A DNA stretch of 57,947 nucleotides from Candidatus Micrarchaeia archaeon (GTDB lineage: Archaea > Micrarchaeota > Micrarchaeia > Micrarchaeales > Micrarchaeaceae). The notes beneath the pieces are model-generated. The model was not told the DNA's origin, did no database searches, and worked only from the letters and a program-made list of their open reading frames with translations. The stretch covers positions 1-57,947 of the forward strand of contig JBMFWY010000003.1 of assembly GCA_049964795.1 (NCBI GenBank). Direction: 5' to 3'. Below, piece after piece: positions 55,702 through 57,947 of the stretch; the stretch's first letter is position 1; each line of letters begins with the position of its first letter. Position numbers and translations under genes: made by a program.

Positions 55702-56316
55702 TCAAAGCGCGTTATTAGCTTTGCCAAGCCTGCGACTTATTGCAAGAGGAGGCATGATTTTGAGCAGAACGCGGTCTATTGCTCTGTTTAATTTAACCCT
55801 GTAAGCAAATAATATATAAGAAACAGCAAGGCTTAAGATTACACCTGCAACAACATCGGTAAAGTAATGCAAGCCAAGGTAAATTCTTCCGAAGAGCACT
55901 AACAGAAGCCAGGCAATGTAAAGAGATTGAAGTATTTTATACTTGCTCATGAAAAACGGCAGGCCGGTCAGCACGCTGGCATGGTTGCTTGGAAATGAGA
56001 ATGAATTCTCGCAAGAAACCTTGTTTATCCAAGAAAGCTCTGCAATGTTGCAAGGCCTAGGCTCTGCAACTATCATCTTTATGGAATCAGATATTAAATA
56101 AAGTAACACTCCTGCAAGAATAAAAGAGTAGGTGTTTGGTTCTTTCTTTAGATAAAGGTAAAGAGCGACAAGGGGCAAAACTACAAGAAAGCTTTTGCCG
56201 AGCGCGGTCATTATGCTCGTTAGAAGTGGGCTTGCTATAGCTTTCATTAACTGAAAGGCATATATATTTATCCCAAGGTTGTAAGCAGAAACGAGCATAT
56301 AAGATAGATAGTACAA
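55702..56316 (-). CDS. PAP2-family membrane phosphatase
   Basis: K......RP, SFPSNH and [12 protein letters not shown] motifs. Confidence 0.9.
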   Translation of the reverse strand: MYYLSYMLVSAYNLGINIYAFQLMKAIASPLLTSIMTALGKSFLVVLPLVALYLYLKKEPNTYSFILAGVLLYLISDSIKMIVAEPRPCNIAELSWINKVSCENSFSFPSNHASVLTGLPFFMSKYKILQSLYIAWLLLVLFGRIYLGLHYFTDVVAGVILSLAVSYILFAYRVKLNRAIDRVLLKIMPPLAISRRLGKANNAL

Positions 56317-56844
56317 TCAAGCACCTTTATTCGATTTTGGCTTTACAAACTGCACATAGTATAATATTGCCGCAATAGTTTTCGAGTCTTTGATATAGTT
56401 TTTCTTTATCATCTGAAGCGCCTTTGGAAGAGGGATAGATACCAAATTTATTATTTCATCCTTGTCCAAATGGCGCTTTGATGGTATGAGACCTCCAGCC
56501 AAGTATATATAAAGCATTTCTGTTGTAAGTCCTGGAGAAGGCAACAAGGACAGCATAAATTTAAGCTTTTTGGGAGTGTATCCTGTTTCTTCACGCATTT
56601 CGCGACGCGCAGCTTCCAGATTGCTTTCCCCTTTTTCTATATGCCCAGCGGGCAACTCATATACATATTTGCGTATTGCAGGACGGTATTGCCTTTCCAT
56701 TATTATCTTATCTTTTTCTATAAATGCGAGCATCACTACGCTGTTGTGCTCTCGTATCCTAAGAATATCGAAGCTTTTGCCTTCTTTGCTCATGTGTTCT
56801 TTTTCCAAAGAGAACAACCGAGACTTGAACAAAACTTTTTTCAT
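56317..56844 (-). CDS. NUDIX hydrolase (ADP-ribose pyrophosphatase-like)
   Basis: QYR, ELPAG and Nudix box GESNLEAARREMREETG. Confidence 0.9.
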   Translation of the reverse strand: MKKVLFKSRLFSLEKEHMSKEGKSFDILRIREHNSVVMLAFIEKDKIIMERQYRPAIRKYVYELPAGHIEKGESNLEAARREMREETGYTPKKLKFMLSLLPSPGLTTEMLYIYLAGGLIPSKRHLDKDEIINLVSIPLPKALQMIKKNYIKDSKTIAAILYYVQFVKPKSNKGA

Positions 56845-56947
56845 GCATAGCACTTAAATACTGAAAGCAAAAAGAATTTAATAGAGAAACCTTCAATTTA
56901 ATATTCAAAAATAACTAATAAATAACTTAACAAAAGGCATTGCAAGA

Positions 56948-57087
56948 GGGGTTGTTGCGTAATCTGGCAGCGCGGCAGGCTCCAGATGTTTGTATATCAG
57001 ATTGAGCGCTTATGCGCGATGATTAAGATCTGGAAATATGAAGACATGAGTTACCTGCAAATCTGGGTTCAAATCCCAGCAACCCCA
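56948..57087 (+). tRNA. tRNA-Trp(CCA) with a 67-nt intron at 37/38 (intron 56986-57052)
   Basis: GGGGTTG/CAACCCC acceptor; GCAGG-CT-CCA-G[intron]A-CCTGC; relaxed BHB motif. Confidence 0.93.
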
Positions 57088-57149
57088 AACTTTTTCTGTG
57101 AAGTAGAAGGCAAGTTATTTATTTGTTTTTTAATACTATTAGTGAGAGC

Positions 57150-57947
57150 ATGCAGAAAAAGGGCAAGGCGTATAGGATAAGTTCAAAAAGATATGCTTCA
57201 GCAAAGGCCCAGTCAGCAATGGAATACCTCATGACCTACGGCTGGGCAATACTCATCATTGCAGTTGTGCTTGGCGCCTTGTTCCAGCTTGGCGTTTTCA
57301 ATGCAAACAACTTCGCACCAAAGGCGCCGCCAGGCGCATGCCAGGTCTTCAGGCCCAACGGACCTGGCACGACACAGTTCATAAATCTTGAAGGCATATG
57401 CAGTGGCGAGCTGCCGCAGTATGTGGCGCAGTTCAACGGACAGAACGGCTATATAACTTCAACTGTAAACGGTCTACCAATAGGTAGTGAACAGCGAACT
57501 GTAACAGCATGGTTTTATGTCCCTACGCAACCACCTAGTGGTAATCAAGATGCCTTATTCGCATATGGCACGCAAAATAACTGCGATCAGACTTTTTGGG
57601 TTTCAGTTAGCGGTACAGGTGCAACATGTAATGGCGGCCAGATATTCATAGATAATTGGTGTACATGTCAATCTTTCCCTGGATATACTACCCTTATTAC
57701 AGGCACGTGGTATTTTGTAGCCTTTGAATATAATGGCACATATCAGATAGGGTATTTGGGAAACAATGGTAATATAGTAAAAGTTGATGCACAAGCAAGC
57801 GTAAATACGGGCAGTTCACCATTCTACATTGGTTTTTGGCCGGTTAGACAATACTTTAATGGTAATATAGCCAATGTGCAAATCTACAACACCTCGCTCT
57901 CATCAAGCGAAATCCAAGCCCTCTACCAAGTAGGCATTGGCGGCGCG
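57150..57947 (+). CDS. pilin-like (class III signal peptide) LamG-domain surface protein; runs off the window (not in ORF track)
   Basis: KAQSAMEYLMTYGWAILIIAVVLGAL signal; LamG motifs TVTAWF, WYFVAF and FNGNIANVQIYNTSLS; open to the window end. Confidence 0.88.
   Translation, partial: MQKKGKAYRISSKRYASAKAQSAMEYLMTYGWAILIIAVVLGALFQLGVFNANNFAPKAPPGACQVFRPNGPGTTQFINLEGICSGELPQYVAQFNGQNGYITSTVNGLPIGSEQRTVTAWFYVPTQPPSGNQDALFAYGTQNNCDQTFWVSVSGTGATCNGGQIFIDNWCTCQSFPGYTTLITGTWYFVAFEYNGTYQIGYLGNNGNIVKVDAQASVNTGSSPFYIGFWPVRQYFNGNIANVQIYNTSLSSSEIQALYQVGIGGA

Noticed and set aside
56986-57180. ORFs overlapping tRNA genes (also 27502-27699 and 47222-47431)
   Set aside because: They overlap well-formed tRNAs and lack protein motifs.
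1-57947. CRISPR array, rRNA, diversity-generating retroelement or stop-codon reassignment
   Set aside because: No spaced repeats, rRNA or reverse transcriptase seen. TAA, TAG and TGA all end conserved genes at the expected positions.

Overview
Gene-dense archaeal chromosomal segment, most likely from a DPANN archaeon of the Micrarchaeota. This assignment is an inference from the archaeal ribosomal and translation genes, GGTG(A) Shine-Dalgarno (SD) motifs, tRNA introns at non-canonical positions, and a 'QSAMEYLMTYGWAIL' pilin-like LamG protein. Housekeeping content includes the rps19e-PDCD5-rpl39e-rpl31e-aIF6-pfdA-ftsY cluster, the rpl30e-rps12-rps7-EF2-rpl7ae-rps28e-rpl24e cluster, SMC, FtsZ, deoxyhypusine synthase, ProRS and RNase HII. 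Metabolic content includes a five-gene SUF operon, ADP-forming acyl-CoA synthetase, proline/ornithine catabolic enzymes, carbamate kinase, a lower mevalonate pathway (MVK, decarboxylase, IPK) and a geranylgeranyl reductase. There are four tRNAs, three with introns (positions 59/60, 20/21 and 37/38). Several genes missing from the ORF track were read directly: rpl39e, rpl24e, a wHTH gene with no ATG/GTG/TTG start, two small ORFs at 36.2-36.9 kb and two truncated surface-protein genes at the edges. The most unusual part is an AT-rich module at about 36.2-38.95 kb. It holds a tandem-Lrp regulator with a transposase-like N-terminus, a convergent 32-aa Gly-rich peptide gene, a divergent mini-operon with a stand-alone Lrp ligand-binding domain, and a small membrane protein. 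Other oddities are substitutions at conserved uS12 and EF-2 residues and charged tails on many ribosomal proteins. No CRISPR array, rRNA or intact mobile element was seen. All product calls come from motif recognition by eye, not database searches.
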